This document shows positions 63,881 through 64,000 of a stretch of DNA of 64,000 bases, one piece after another. Position 1 is the stretch's first letter. Every line of letters begins with the position of its first letter. Where the stretch lies: assembly GCF_001194135.2 (NCBI RefSeq), contig NC_068989.1, forward strand, positions 73,786,223 through 73,850,222, in the 5' to 3' direction. The DNA is from Octopus bimaculoides. Lineage: Eukaryota. The translations under genes and the position numbers were made by a program. The notes below the pieces were generated by a model. That model saw nothing but the letters and a program-made list of their open reading frames with translations, did not search any database and was not told where the DNA came from.

Positions 63881-64000
63881 CAATAATACGAAGTACAAAT
63901 CGTGGTTGTTTGTTAACGTTTACGTCTAGATCGGTGTATTTCGAGCATATCAAGTGACCGTATACAAATTTTTCATCAACAGTTATGACGTTCACATGTC

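Overview
AT-rich eukaryotic non-coding DNA, rich in microsatellites and with many N gaps. The SINE families present point to an octopus (coleoid cephalopod) genome; this is inferred from repeat content, not from a database search. No intact host protein-coding gene, rRNA, genuine tRNA or CRISPR array can be supported. The window contains: (i) three tRNA-derived SINE families, several copies with clear TSDs (family A, with a Meta-type central domain; family B, about 380 bp with a tRNA-Arg-like head; family C, CORE-like with an internal microsatellite); (ii) a decayed hAT transposase (34343-36360, minus) and a decayed R4/Dong-type LINE 3' fragment (about 7030-7620); (iii) several fold-back or MITE elements, two of which carry about four telomere-type TTAGGG units at their centre. 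The most interesting observations are two minimal type-I hammerhead-ribozyme folds on the minus strand with palindromic stem III and non-canonical cores (52206-52243 with a U3-A8 swap; 38802-38837 with U6), a third decayed one inside a structured GC-rich island (58333-58440), and three independent SINE-in-SINE dimers that share the same junction in the SINE head. Most ORFs in the supplied track are artefacts of microsatellites or N gaps.
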